Shown here piece after piece: positions 10,035 through 20,432 of a stretch of DNA of 64,000 nucleotides (position 1 is its first letter; the number at the start of each line of letters is the position of its first letter). The translations under genes were made by a program, and so were the position numbers. The notes under the pieces are model-generated. The model saw only the letters and a list, made by a program, of their open reading frames with translations, ran no database searches and was not told the DNA's origin. Source of the stretch: Clostridia bacterium (GTDB taxonomy: Bacteria; Bacillota; Clostridia; RGIG6154); the NCBI GenBank assembly GCA_045605445.1, contig JAZUPZ010000004.1:1695-65694 (forward strand), written 5' to 3'.

Positions 10035-10799
10035 ATGAATTTTTTTGAAAATATAACCCTGTCGGAAATAACCCATGCATCTTCAGTAATCTTCAGGACA
10101 CAGGAAAAAAATAAAATGACCGACAGACAGTGGTACGGAATGGCTTTTGCGCTTGACGGGGAACTTACATATATCCATAATGCAAAAAAAATTCCGCTTT
10201 TCGGGAATAAAGTTGTATTCATACCCAAAGGCGTAAGCTATGATGTGCATTGTAAAAAGGGCGGTTCTTTTGCGGTTGTCAATTTCCTTTCGCCGTGTGA
10301 ACTTGATTATAAAGAGTTTGTTACATTTGAGGTTGAAAATATTGATAATATCAGGAGTAAGTTTAAAGCTCTGCAGAGTGCTTTTAAAACAAGATACAGC
10401 GAAAGTATGTCATTGCTTTACAAAATTTTTTCACTGATTGAGAATAACGCTTCAGGAAACATTTTTCCGCCGTATCTGGTAAAGGCGGTTGAGTATATAG
10501 AAAGCAACATTTCGTCTCCGGAGCTTAGCAATTCTGAAATAGCAGAAAATATCGGGATAAGCGAGGTTTATTTAAGAAAGCTTTTTTCAAAGAACATTTC
10601 CCTTTCCGTTAACCGTTATATTCAGAATAAAAGAATTGAAAAAGCGGAAAGACTGTTGAAGGAAACTTTATTTTCAGTAACTGAAATTTCAGAACTGTGC
10701 GGATACTCGTGTATATATTATTTCTGCCGCATCTTTAAAGAACAGACGGGATATACCCCCACAAAGTACAGAAATGAAAACGGTTATAAATTGTTTTAA
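10035..10799 (+). CDS. AraC family transcriptional regulator (cupin sensor plus C-terminal HTH).
   Basis: C-terminal AraC HTH signature (...ISEVYLRKLFSK...GYTPTKYR). RBS GGTGGTGAG before the ATG at 10035. Confidence 0.75.
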   Translation: MNFFENITLSEITHASSVIFRTQEKNKMTDRQWYGMAFALDGELTYIHNAKKIPLFGNKVVFIPKGVSYDVHCKKGGSFAVVNFLSPCELDYKEFVTFEVENIDNIRSKFKALQSAFKTRYSESMSLLYKIFSLIENNASGNIFPPYLVKAVEYIESNISSPELSNSEIAENIGISEVYLRKLFSKNISLSVNRYIQNKRIEKAERLLKETLFSVTEISELCGYSCIYYFCRIFKEQTGYTPTKYRNENGYKLF

Positions 10800-10841
10800 T
10801 AAGTATGGGCGACCCTGTGTGGTCGCCCGTAATGTTTATAT

Positions 10842-11477
10842 TTATCCCGCGAAAACTTGTGTCCAATAATGACCGTAGGAGCCGCCTTTAACGTAGCCCA
10901 CGCCGAGTCGTGTTAAATTGCCGTTAAGAATGTTGTTTCTGTGGCCCTCGGAGTTCATCCAGGAGTTCATAACGCTTTCGGGGGTTTTCTGACCTGCAGC
11001 AATGTTCTCTGCAGCGTAAGAATAGCTTATTCCGAAAGCCTTCATTCTGTCAAAGGGGGACTGCCCCTTTAAGTTTGTGTGGCTGAAAAAGTTGTTTTGT
11101 GCCATATCAAGGCTGTGAGCCTCAGCAACTGCTGCAAGGGAAGAATCCCATGTGAGTGCCGAAAGTCCCTGCTTAGTTCTTTCTGCATTTACAAGTTCAA
11201 GAACCTTAAGCTCAAATTCGTCCGCTGAAATTTCCGGTTGCTGATTGTTTTCTGTTTCAGGAGCCTCCACTTCAGGCGTGTTTGTATCAGGCTTCTGAGT
11301 ATCTTCTGTTTCAGGAAGCTGAATGCCCGGTTTGCATACAAATTCAAACTTCTGACAAAACTTTGAAAAATCAAAGTGCTTGTTAAAGCTCAGGTTTTTT
11401 GCCGAAGCAGAAACCCCTGTTGTAATAATTAGCCCCGTCGAAAGAACAAGGGACAATGCTGTTTTTCTGATGTTCAT
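10842..11477 (-). CDS. Secreted CAP/SCP (cysteine-rich secretory protein/PR-1-like) domain protein.
   Basis: Signal peptide MNIRKTALSLVLSTGLIITTGVSASA, an acidic linker, then CAP domain motifs (VLELVNAERTKQGL...HSLDMAQNNFFSH...GHRNNIL...GHYWTQVF). The start is set at the ATG with a GGAGATGA-type RBS. Confidence 0.75.
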   Translation of the reverse strand: MNIRKTALSLVLSTGLIITTGVSASAKNLSFNKHFDFSKFCQKFEFVCKPGIQLPETEDTQKPDTNTPEVEAPETENNQQPEISADEFELKVLELVNAERTKQGLSALTWDSSLAAVAEAHSLDMAQNNFFSHTNLKGQSPFDRMKAFGISYSYAAENIAAGQKTPESVMNSWMNSEGHRNNILNGNLTRLGVGYVKGGSYGHYWTQVFAG

Positions 11478-11696
11478 TTTGTCATCTCCAATCGTTGCTT
11501 TTTTTGTGCAATGCGTTTTTTCCCGCAAATACATGTAATATTCTATCATTTATCCCGGAGGGGTTCAATGTAAAATATGTGGAATAAAAGGCAATTAAAA
11601 GATTTAATAAAAATTTCACACTTTTTTTACATATTATACTGGACTTTACATATAATTAGTGGTAATATATATACTGTTGTACAAAGGAGCTATGTA

Positions 11697-12692
11697 ATGA
11701 ATTTTATAAAAAAGACGGCAATGCTTATGGCAATTCTGCTTGTTTTCAGTTGCCCGTCAAACGCTTTTGAAATAGTCAGTCTCGAAAAGCCTGTTATGGA
11801 ATATGAAGACTGTAAAATATTAAAAACCTTTTCTCTTGATGAAATGCTTATAAGTGAGGGTGAGCCTTCAGAATATGCTGAAGAAATCTGCTTAAAGGCA
11901 AAGGAGGCGGGATTTGTTGATAAAATAATTCCCGATTACGGCGTAGAAATAACCAAGGCTCAGTTCGCAGAGCTGGGAGTAAAGCTTTATGAAAAAATCA
12001 GCGGAGAGGTTTTAACCTGTTCAGAGGAAAATCCTTTTACAGATACTGAAAATCAAGCGGTTCTCAAGCTGTTCTCAAAGGGGATAGTTCAGGGTGAAAC
12101 CTTTAACACCTTTAATCCAGACGAAAAAATAACAACGGTTGCAGCAGAAAAAATAATTAAGGAAATTGTCAGAGAAACAAAAAATGTTTACTATCCCGCA
12201 GGCAGAAGCAAAGAAACTCTTTCTTATGAAAATGCGGTGGTAAAGGTGTATACAGCTTATGAATACTGCGAAAATTACAAAAAGAATGTAGCAGAAAAAA
12301 TTGAAGAAATGAGAGAAAAATATCCCGAGGGCGAGTTCAGAAATTCCGAAAATGAACCCTGCGACCACGCAAAAAACGGATATAAGTTCTGCACCTTCTA
12401 TGAAGGAAGCTTCGGAGCGGGAATTCAGTGTCACGGGTTTGCAATACTGCTTTCCGACGAAATTTTCGGCAAAAATGCCCCGGTTACAAAATTTTCCGAT
12501 TTAAGCAAAATCAGAGTAGGCGATTTTATAAGATATAACGACCGTCATTCAATGATAGTTACGGGGATTTACGAAGATTATATAACTGTTGCAGAGGCAA
12601 ATTTTAATCACGACTGTAAAATAACCTGGGACAGAAAGGTTGAAAAGAAATTTCTTGAAGAATGCTCACTTTTGTGTGTTTCAAGATATTGA
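11697..12692 (+). CDS. Secreted protein with SLH-like repeats and a C-terminal papain-like (NlpC/P60/CHAP-superfamily-like) Cys-His hydrolase domain.
   Basis: AAGGAG RBS and signal peptide MNFIKKTAMLMAILLVFSCPSNA. SLH-like motifs are present (KGIVQGETFNTFNPDEKITTVAAEKIIKEI). The C-terminus reads GAGIQCHGFA...GDFIRYNDRHSMIVTG, a Cys...His pattern shared with the C-terminus of the 21646-23652 protein. Confidence 0.5.
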   Translation: MNFIKKTAMLMAILLVFSCPSNAFEIVSLEKPVMEYEDCKILKTFSLDEMLISEGEPSEYAEEICLKAKEAGFVDKIIPDYGVEITKAQFAELGVKLYEKISGEVLTCSEENPFTDTENQAVLKLFSKGIVQGETFNTFNPDEKITTVAAEKIIKEIVRETKNVYYPAGRSKETLSYENAVVKVYTAYEYCENYKKNVAEKIEEMREKYPEGEFRNSENEPCDHAKNGYKFCTFYEGSFGAGIQCHGFAILLSDEIFGKNAPVTKFSDLSKIRVGDFIRYNDRHSMIVTGIYEDYITVAEANFNHDCKITWDRKVEKKFLEECSLLCVSRY

Positions 12693-12739
12693 CCTGAAGA
12701 GCTTAAAAGAGGTATAATTATTTCAGGAAGGTGAGAAAT

Positions 12740-13618
12740 ATGAAAATGTTGCTTATCGTGAATCCAAAAGCAGGAATGACGAAAGGAAAAACGGCATTTT
12801 TCGACATAGTTCAGATTTTCTGTAAAGCAGGCTATGAGGTTACCTGTGCAATTACTCAGCATAAGGGCCATGCAACAACCCTTGTTAAAGAGGCAGAAGG
12901 CAGATTTGATTTAATCGTTTGCTGCGGCGGAGACGGCACCTTAAACGAGGTTGCCACGGGTATAATGGAGCTTGAAAACAAAATTCCTATAGGATATATC
13001 CCTGCAGGAACTACCAATGACTTTGCTAACAGTATCGGATTAAGTCTTGATATAAAAACTGCGGCTGAAAATATAATAAAAGGGGAAAAATTCAATGTCG
13101 ATATGGGAAGGTGGAACAAAAAAAGCTTTTCCTATATTGCCTCCTTCGGCGCTTTCACCGCTGTTTCCTATAAAGTGCCCCAGACAACGAAAAACATTTT
13201 CGGACATATGGCTTACATCTTCGAGGGAATAACCGATCTGGGCTCTCTTCATCCTTACCACGTAAAGCTTGAGTGTGAGGAAAAAACTCTTGAAGATGAT
13301 TATGTTTTCGGAGCAATAAGCAATTCAACCTCAATAGGCGGAATAGTAAAGCTCGATGAGAAAGTTGTTGATATGAACGACGGATTCTTTGAAGTGGCGT
13401 TGATAAAGTTTCCGAAAAATCCCAATGAGCTTAACAAAATAATCTGGGGAATAATAAATTCAGATTTTAAGGATCCGATTTTTGAATTTTTCAAAACCCG
13501 TGAAGCTAAAATTACAATGGATGAAAAAATTGACTGGACCCTTGACGGCGAAATAGCTCACGGCAGAAAAGAGATAGTTGTAAAAAATATAAAAGATGCC
13601 ATAACAGTAATTAAATAA
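12740..13618 (+). CDS. Diacylglycerol kinase catalytic-domain family lipid kinase (YegS/BmrU/DagK-like).
   Basis: MKMLLIVNPKAGMTKGK...CCGGDGTLNEV matches the DAGK_cat signature. GGAAGGTGAG RBS. Confidence 0.75.
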   Translation: MKMLLIVNPKAGMTKGKTAFFDIVQIFCKAGYEVTCAITQHKGHATTLVKEAEGRFDLIVCCGGDGTLNEVATGIMELENKIPIGYIPAGTTNDFANSIGLSLDIKTAAENIIKGEKFNVDMGRWNKKSFSYIASFGAFTAVSYKVPQTTKNIFGHMAYIFEGITDLGSLHPYHVKLECEEKTLEDDYVFGAISNSTSIGGIVKLDEKVVDMNDGFFEVALIKFPKNPNELNKIIWGIINSDFKDPIFEFFKTREAKITMDEKIDWTLDGEIAHGRKEIVVKNIKDAITVIK

Positions 13619-13625
13619 TATACGA

Positions 13626-13660
13626 AAAAGTCGTTCACTTTTTTTGAACGACTTTTTTTA
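13626..13660. terminator. Bidirectional rho-independent terminator.
   Basis: aaaaagtcgttca-cttttttt-tgaacgacttttt hairpin between convergent genes. Confidence 0.6.
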
Positions 13661-13679
13661 AAGATAAAGAATAACTGTA

Positions 13680-14540
13680 TTATGAATTCATTTCTTTTCT
13701 TTTGTTGTTTTTGAAGGTCATCGGGGAAACTCCGGTGATTTTTTTGAAAATTCTTCCGAAATGAGTAGGGCTTTTAAAGCCAACTTTATCGCTTATCTGT
13801 GTGATGTTCAAATCTGTAATGGTAAGCTGGAGCTGAGCTTCTCTTACGCGGATATTGTTAAGATAATCAATGAAGTTTATTCCCATATACTTTTTGAAAA
13901 GCCTTGAAAAATAATAGGTGCTTATGAAAAACTTTTCGGAAATGCTCTGAAGGGTTATATCTTCGTGAAGATTGTTGTTTATATAATCTGTTATCTGAGT
14001 TATAAGCTCGTGCTTTGGATTGATATATTCAATGTTTTTAACCGGCAGAGTACAGCTTTTGTTATTTAAAAGCGCAAGAAGGTGCACGAGTTCAATTTTT
14101 ATGTTGTCTGTGTGATTTTCTTTTTCGTCAAGATACCGTTTGTACAATGATTCAAGAATATATTCAACCTGAATTCTTTCCTCTTCGTTGAAACTCACAA
14201 CGTGAACACTTTTATTAAAGCATCCGTAGAGATTGGTGTTAAGCGTTGCTGTGATGTCACTGATTAACTCTTTCTTGAAATTTATAACATATCTTTCATA
14301 TTCTTTTTGTTCATACGGCGCAGTATAGTGAACATCATACACATCTATAAACACCATATTGCCCGCTGTTACGTGGTAGCATTTATCGTTTATATAATAA
14401 TATCTGTCTCCCTCTTTAAGATAAAAAATCTCATAGGAATTATGATAGTGGCTAAGTCCTATTTCCGACATTGACAGTGGAAAATTTCTGTGTTTTGCTA
14501 TCATAAAATCTTTTTCCTGTATTGAAAAAAACTGATACAT
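13680..14540 (-). CDS. AraC family transcriptional regulator (cupin plus HTH).
   Basis: C-terminal AraC HTH (YYFSRLFKKYMGINFIDYLNNIRVREAQ...). Paralogous to the next gene. Confidence 0.75.
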   Translation of the reverse strand: MYQFFSIQEKDFMIAKHRNFPLSMSEIGLSHYHNSYEIFYLKEGDRYYYINDKCYHVTAGNMVFIDVYDVHYTAPYEQKEYERYVINFKKELISDITATLNTNLYGCFNKSVHVVSFNEEERIQVEYILESLYKRYLDEKENHTDNIKIELVHLLALLNNKSCTLPVKNIEYINPKHELITQITDYINNNLHEDITLQSISEKFFISTYYFSRLFKKYMGINFIDYLNNIRVREAQLQLTITDLNITQISDKVGFKSPTHFGRIFKKITGVSPMTFKNNKRKEMNS

Positions 14541-14674
14541 ATATTTTCTTCACCCCATAACAAAATGATAACATAAAAATATTATCAGTACAACAGTATG
14601 TGGCAAGATAGGTTGAGTATTTTTGAAAAGTAGGCAAAAACTGAACAAGAAATAACAAATAATTGCAGTAATGT

Positions 14675-15520
14675 TTATTTAATGTTTTTCCTGTAAGCCA
14701 TAGGCGAAACGCCGGTAAGCCTTTTGAAAATCCTTCCGAAATGAGTAGCGCTTTTAAAACCAACCTTCTCGCTTATTTCAAAAACGCTGAGATTGGTATC
14801 CTGCAGAAGAAACTGAGCTTCTCTTACCCTTACGCTGTTAAGATAATCAATAAAGGGAAGTCCTGTATATTTTTTAAAGCTTCTTGAAAAATAACAGGGG
14901 CTTATAAAGAATTTTTTTGAAATAAGCTCAAGGGTTATGTTGTTTTTAAAGTTGCTGTTTATATATCCTGTTATTTCCGAAATGGTTTTGTGAGTGGAGT
15001 TTATATATTCTGTATGCTCAGCGTCTGAAAGTTTTCCGTGTCTGTTAATAATGCTGAGCAGGTACAAAAGTCCTGATTTTACACAAAGCTCGCTTTCGGG
15101 AGTTCCTTCCTGTTGCTCTTTGAGTATTGAAGCAAATAACGCCTCGATAAGAACCTGCTCCTTTTCATCAAACTCAATAACGTGAACGGGGTTTTCAAAG
15201 CATTTGAACAAATTAATGTTAAGGTTTCCGGCAACGCCTTTAAGAAAATCCTTTTTGAAATTTATAACATATCTTTCAAAGCCCGAATCTGAGGATGAGC
15301 TCGTATAGTGAATGTCATAGGTGTTAATAAAAACAAGATTGCCCTTGCTTATTTTGTAACATTTATCTTTAATGAAATAATATCTTTCTCCCGAAACCAG
15401 GTAGTAAAGCTCGTAAGAGTTGTGATAGTGATACATCGGCATGGAAACGGGGAGCATCTGTGCGTCGTGGGTTATTAAAAAATCCATAATGTGAAGCGAA
15501 AAAAATTGTTTGACAGGCAT
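14675..15520 (-). CDS. AraC family transcriptional regulator (cupin plus HTH), tandem paralog.
   Basis: About 45% identity to the 13680-14540 product over its full length (YHYHNSYE.YYL..G.RYYFI.DKCY...GN.VFI..YD.HYT...). The start is set at the ATG preceded by AGGAGGGA (MPVKQFF...). Confidence 0.75.
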   Translation of the reverse strand: MPVKQFFSLHIMDFLITHDAQMLPVSMPMYHYHNSYELYYLVSGERYYFIKDKCYKISKGNLVFINTYDIHYTSSSSDSGFERYVINFKKDFLKGVAGNLNINLFKCFENPVHVIEFDEKEQVLIEALFASILKEQQEGTPESELCVKSGLLYLLSIINRHGKLSDAEHTEYINSTHKTISEITGYINSNFKNNITLELISKKFFISPCYFSRSFKKYTGLPFIDYLNSVRVREAQFLLQDTNLSVFEISEKVGFKSATHFGRIFKRLTGVSPMAYRKNIK

Positions 15521-15810
15521 ACAAATCCCTCCTATTGTAAATTTTATCATAAAAACAGATAAAAAACAACTTTTTTTAACCTTTAATACAATAAAAATTA
15601 AAGGGAAATAATGGGGTTTACAAGTTTTTTGCAAGACGGGGACGTGTTTGTTAAAGCGGAATAGGGGGAAATTTTATTAAAATGTACATTGGGGTGCAAA
15701 ATAAATTGAAATCAAAATAAACAGGGCAAAATATGTAGAGCATATACGGCAAAAAAATGTTATAATAAATGTGCTAAATATACAAAAATGGGGGAGAATC
15801 CATTTTTTAA

Positions 15811-15839
15811 TTGATATTGTAACAATTTTGTGTTACAAT
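15811..15839 (+). promoter_or_regulatory. Putative sigmaA promoter with a 7-6-7 palindromic operator in the spacer, upstream of the BNR-repeat gene.
   Basis: TTGATA-N17-TACAAT. The spacer contains tgtaaca-attttg-tgttaca, a perfect inverted repeat. Confidence 0.35.
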
Positions 15840-15944
15840 ACAGTTGAAGGCGGTTTTTGCGTTATCGTTTTGAGATGGAGATATGGAGAAAAATAAACGG
15901 CGGAAAAAACTGAAAACATATAAATACATAAAGGAGAGAAAAGT

Positions 15945-18900
15945 ATGAAAAAGATTATTTCTTTGTTTCTTGTACTTACACTCGTGCTTTCTATGGTAAC
16001 CGTTGCAACTGCAGCAGTTTTTGATACCGTTGAAAGAAACGAAGCTGAAAGCACAAAAATCAGCAAGAAACAGGGCGAAACCGCAGTTATTGAAAATGCA
16101 AACTTTTCAGGCGGAAGTGCGGTTGAGCTCACAGTAACAAAATATGACGAATGGCTTAAAAATGATTACATGCGTTTTGCCGTTCCTGTTAATCAGAGAG
16201 CAGTTTTCACCATTAAAGTAGGTGTTAAAAAAGGTCCTAATCAGGGTATAATGCAGCTCTGGTTCTCTGACGTTAACGAAAGAATCGGCGAAAAAATCGA
16301 CCTTTACTCACCAACAGAAGAATATGTTGAAGTAAATCTCGGTGATTTCCCCTGTAACATTCAGTATACAGGAAGATGGTTCGAATTCAGAGTTGACGGC
16401 AAAAACCCTGCATCAAAGGGTGCAAACATCAACGTTGACTACATTCAGCTTGATTATGCCGATGAATACGAACCAAGATACAGCGACAGAATTCCATACC
16501 TTGAAGGAGAAGCTCCAAAAGCATACGGCGATGAACCTTATGCTTGGGGACAGCTTATGGAAGGCGGCACAGGCCGTTCAAACCACCTTGTAATTCATCC
16601 GACAGAACCGGGGCTTATGTATATGGGTACCGATATGGGCGGTGCATACAGATGGGAAGATGATACATACACCTGGACACCTCTTCTTGATACAGTTGTA
16701 GATGCTTCAAGAGGCGAATGGCTCGGTATCGACGGTATCGGTGTTGACCCTAACGATGCAAATGTTGTTTACCTTTGTGTAGGTACAGCTTCAAATAAGG
16801 GTAATGACTATATGGGTGCGGTTCTTAAATCAACCGACAGAGGTGACACCTGGACAGAAACAGGCTTTAAGGCACTTTTCAGTTCAAATGCTGACCCTGC
16901 AAGATCTACAAGTGAAAGAATCGGCGTTGAACCGGGTAACTCAAACAATGTTTGGGTAGGAACAATGGTAGACGGTCTTTACAGAAGTAGAGACGGCTTC
17001 AAAACCTGGGAAAAGGTTGAAATCCCCGTAACCCTTTCAAAGAACAAGGTGTTCCCTTCAATCGTTGCATTTGACGAAAGAACAAAGTCAGCTGCAGGCT
17101 GTTCAACAATCTATATCGCAATTGAAGGCTACGGTCTTATCGTTACAAGAGATAACGGTGAAACCTGGGAAGATGTTGAAGGCTGTCCTTCAGGCAATAT
17201 CAGAAAAATGAAGCAGGCAAACGACGGAACCTTTGTTGTTGTAACGGCAAGCTCAGGTCTCTGGACATTTAAAGATGGTATCTGGAAGGATATTTCTCCT
17301 GCAGGAAATAAAAAGTGGGCAACTGCTGAAATCTGCAAAACAGATTCAAATTATATAATCACAAGCTGGAACAAAGGACCTATCGGTTCTTTCGGTCAGT
17401 ATACATATTACACAACCGACGGCGGTCAGAACTGGAGAATGTTCAGAGATGATATGATTAAAAATCATACAACTCCAAGACTTGAATGGGGTGCATTCCT
17501 TGCAAACGTTACAGACATCGTAATCGACCCATACAACAAGGGCAGAGTGTTCATGTGCGGATGGTCAAACTTCTACATGACAGATGACATCTTCGCTGAA
17601 AAACCTGTGTTTACAAACCATACAATCGGTGTTGAACACGGATGTAGCTGTCATATGATTTCTCTTCCAAAGGGCGCAAGACTTATAATGTCACCTTATG
17701 ACTATGCCGGCGGAAGATATACAGACCCAACACAGTACTGCGACGAAATGCTTCCTCCAAAAGAAGCTAACCCGTCAAGAATTGCATTCTGTGAAAACGA
17801 CCCGAACTTTATCGTAAGAATAGGTAAAAATGCAGGTGCATATTCAACAGATAACGGTATTAACTGGAGAGCCTTCGGCGCTCTTCCTGAAGAATTAAAT
17901 GGAATTGAAATCCACGACGCAGCAGTATCTTCGGATATTTATCCGGAAACAGGTTATCCTGCAGTTTATGTTGTAGGACACAAATCTCAGCCATTCGTAA
18001 CCTACGACCTTGGTGAAACCTGGATGCAGGGTACAGGTGCAGTTGCTTGGCACAACTCTTCAAAATGGGGACGTGGAAGACGTATTGCAACAGATAAGAA
18101 AGATGCAAACATCGTTTACTATCTTGCAAAAGACGGTCTTTATAAGAGTGAAGACTGGGGTGTTACTTATACGCTTATTGCAGAAGGTGCAACAAGTGAA
18201 TACAACTCAGCTGTAGTAAGAACTTCATTTGCTACAAATGGAGCAAAAGCAGGTGTATGGTACTCTGAATCAGAAGGCGACAACAGACTCTGGTACTCAT
18301 CAAATCAGGGCTTGCTCTTTAAAAATGTTGGTAACTTTACTTGGGTAAGAGACTTTGACTTTGGTAAACCTGAATCAGATGACAAGCCACCGGTAGTTTA
18401 TGTTTGGGGTACAAGAGAAAAAGTAAGAGGTCTCCACGCAAGCTATGACAACGGTAAAACCTGGAAGGTTCTTCACAACGATGCAACTGCAAAACAGAAG
18501 CTCGTTACAACAATGGTAATCTGTGCAGACAGACAGACCTTCGGCGCTGTTTATGTTGGTTCATCAGGCCGTGGAACAAAATTCGGTGTACCGGCTAATA
18601 TGGAACATCCGTTCTATACAAATAAAGACGATGAAATTAAAGTTATGATTAACAGCCAGCTTGAAATCTTCGACGTTGAACCGCAGCTTATAAACGACAG
18701 AACAATGGTTCCTATGAGAAGAATTTTCGAAGATGTTGGCGCAGACGTTTATTGGGACGAAGATACTCAGACAGTAACAGCAATCAGAAAGGTTTCATCA
18801 CAGTACGGAATTGAAGAAACAACAGTTCAGCTTACCATCGGAAGCAAAACAATAAAAATCAACGACGTTGAAAAGGAAATGGATATAGCTCCTGTTGTTA

Positions 18901-19001
18901 TCAACGACAGAACACTCGTTCCTGTAAGATTCATTACTGAAGCACTTGGTGCAAAGGTTGAATGGATTGAGGATAAACAACTCGTTAAGATAAGAATCTG
19001 A
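15945..19001 (+). CDS. Secreted BNR/Asp-box repeat beta-propeller protein (GH74-like or sialidase-like glycosidase candidate). It has an N-terminal CBM6/35-like module and a C-terminal tandem Cu-amine-oxidase-N-like (Cu_amine_oxidN1) stalk domain.
   Basis: Signal peptide MKKIISLFLVLTLVLSMVTVATA. At least 8 S/TxDxGxTW motifs are present (STDRGDTW, SRDGFKTW, TRDNGETW, TTDGGQNW, STDNGINW, YDLGETW, SEDWGVTY, YDNGKTW). The C-terminus has two copies of the INDRTMVPMRRIFEDVGADVYWDE / INDRTLVPVRFITEALGAKVEWIED motif. Confidence 0.7.
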   Translation: MKKIISLFLVLTLVLSMVTVATAAVFDTVERNEAESTKISKKQGETAVIENANFSGGSAVELTVTKYDEWLKNDYMRFAVPVNQRAVFTIKVGVKKGPNQGIMQLWFSDVNERIGEKIDLYSPTEEYVEVNLGDFPCNIQYTGRWFEFRVDGKNPASKGANINVDYIQLDYADEYEPRYSDRIPYLEGEAPKAYGDEPYAWGQLMEGGTGRSNHLVIHPTEPGLMYMGTDMGGAYRWEDDTYTWTPLLDTVVDASRGEWLGIDGIGVDPNDANVVYLCVGTASNKGNDYMGAVLKSTDRGDTWTETGFKALFSSNADPARSTSERIGVEPGNSNNVWVGTMVDGLYRSRDGFKTWEKVEIPVTLSKNKVFPSIVAFDERTKSAAGCSTIYIAIEGYGLIVTRDNGETWEDVEGCPSGNIRKMKQANDGTFVVVTASSGLWTFKDGIWKDISPAGNKKWATAEICKTDSNYIITSWNKGPIGSFGQYTYYTTDGGQNWRMFRDDMIKNHTTPRLEWGAFLANVTDIVIDPYNKGRVFMCGWSNFYMTDDIFAEKPVFTNHTIGVEHGCSCHMISLPKGARLIMSPYDYAGGRYTDPTQYCDEMLPPKEANPSRIAFCENDPNFIVRIGKNAGAYSTDNGINWRAFGALPEELNGIEIHDAAVSSDIYPETGYPAVYVVGHKSQPFVTYDLGETWMQGTGAVAWHNSSKWGRGRRIATDKKDANIVYYLAKDGLYKSEDWGVTYTLIAEGATSEYNSAVVRTSFATNGAKAGVWYSESEGDNRLWYSSNQGLLFKNVGNFTWVRDFDFGKPESDDKPPVVYVWGTREKVRGLHASYDNGKTWKVLHNDATAKQKLVTTMVICADRQTFGAVYVGSSGRGTKFGVPANMEHPFYTNKDDEIKVMINSQLEIFDVEPQLINDRTMVPMRRIFEDVGADVYWDEDTQTVTAIRKVSSQYGIEETTVQLTIGSKTIKINDVEKEMDIAPVVINDRTLVPVRFITEALGAKVEWIEDKQLVKIRI

Positions 19002-19029
19002 TCAGGCGTTGAAAATTTCGCTATACCAC

Positions 19030-19063
19030 AAAAGCAAGTGCTCTGCACTTGCTTTTGTTTTTG
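19030..19063 (+). terminator. Rho-independent terminator of the BNR gene.
   Basis: aaagcaagtgc-tctg-gcacttgctttt followed by gttttt. Confidence 0.6.
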
Positions 19064-19556
19064 CTTAAGGCGATTTTGCCGTATCATCGTACTGTCTGTA
19101 ATCGCCTTAAGCAAATCTATCTGAAATTTTCTTAGCCTGAAAACTTTGGTTGATAAGAAAGGCAATACGGGATGCTTTTGTTAAAATATATTTATATTTT
19201 TTTGATTAACCATTTATAATGTTGTTGAAAATTTTGCTATACCAAAGAAGCAAGTGCAAAGCACGTGCTTCTTTTTTTGCCTGCAATAGAGTTGAATTTT
19301 GCAGGGAATAGGAAAAAACGATTTAGAACGAACGAACTGAGCTGCCAAAGCCGAGTGCAGGCTTTGGCAGTCTGCCCGAAGGCGTACAATGGTACGTCGA
19401 GAGGCGAAGTTCGTTCGGGCAAAAGGCGCATAAAATGAAAAAATATCGTTCATAAAAACGATATTTTTCCTTTGATTAAAATATTTTCACAGTTTTGCCA
19501 AGATGCTGTAGTGAAAATCTGTTTATTTTAGCCTTTTTGCGTTTTTACATTCCCTT

Positions 19557-20432
19557 TTAATTTTGCTTAAGCTGGGCAAGAACTATTCCTGCGAAAATGA
19601 GTGCACATCCAAGATATCCGAAAAGGGTCATTGTTTCGCCGAGGATTATCGCTCCGCCAATGGCGCTGAATACCGACTCGGTTGAAAGAATAATTGTTGC
19701 AAAGGTGGGGTCGGCATTCTTTTGCCCTAAAATCTGACAGGTGTAGGCAACTCCTGCCGACATAATTCCTCCGTAAAGAATAGGAATGAGCGAAATTCTT
19801 ATTCCTTCAAGGGAAACTCCGCCGGTAAAAGAAGTAAATAAAAGACCGATAATTCCGCACACGAGAAACTGTGTCATTGCAAATTTAACAGGACTTATCG
19901 ACTCTACAAAGCGGTCAATAACAATAATGTGAAGTGACCAGAAAATGGCTCCGATTATTAAAATAATATCGCCTATGCCAATGCTGTCAAATCCTGCTCC
20001 GCCCGTTGTCAAAAGGTAAAGCCCAAAAAGAGCAAAAACTGCTCCCAGCCAGGTGAGAGGATGAGTTTTCTTTCTGAAAAACAAAAAGTAGATAATGGGA
20101 ACTAAAATAGTGTAAAGTCCGGTTAAAAAGCCTGCCTTCCCTGCACTCTTTGTAAACTCAATTCCAACCTGCTGAAGGGTTGAGGCTATAAAAAGAATAA
20201 TTCCGGCACATATCCCTGCAAGAATCGTCCTTTTCAGCTTTTCGCCGTTCTTTTCTTCCTTTTCAAAAATTAAAATAACGGGGATAAGGGAAATTCCGCC
20301 TAAAACAAAACGTATTCCGTTAAAGGCATAAGAGCTTAAAACGCCAACAACAACCGTCTGCGCCACAAAGGCAAATCCCCATATTATCGCCGTTAAAAAT
20401 AAAAGAATAATTGATTTTGTTGAATTTTTCAT
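19557..20432 (-). CDS. EamA/DMT superfamily transporter.
   Basis: Ten predicted TM helices in two EamA halves. The start is set at the second ATG (MKNSTKS...). Confidence 0.75.
   Translation of the reverse strand: MKNSTKSIILLFLTAIIWGFAFVAQTVVVGVLSSYAFNGIRFVLGGISLIPVILIFEKEEKNGEKLKRTILAGICAGIILFIASTLQQVGIEFTKSAGKAGFLTGLYTILVPIIYFLFFRKKTHPLTWLGAVFALFGLYLLTTGGAGFDSIGIGDIILIIGAIFWSLHIIVIDRFVESISPVKFAMTQFLVCGIIGLLFTSFTGGVSLEGIRISLIPILYGGIMSAGVAYTCQILGQKNADPTFATIILSTESVFSAIGGAIILGETMTLFGYLGCALIFAGIVLAQLKQN

Noticed and set aside
19214-19453. 79-aa and 64-aa minus-strand ORFs in the convergent intergenic region
   Set aside because: They span the duplicated hairpin element and the GC-rich structured module. 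No RBS. More likely RNA structure or a repeat than coding.
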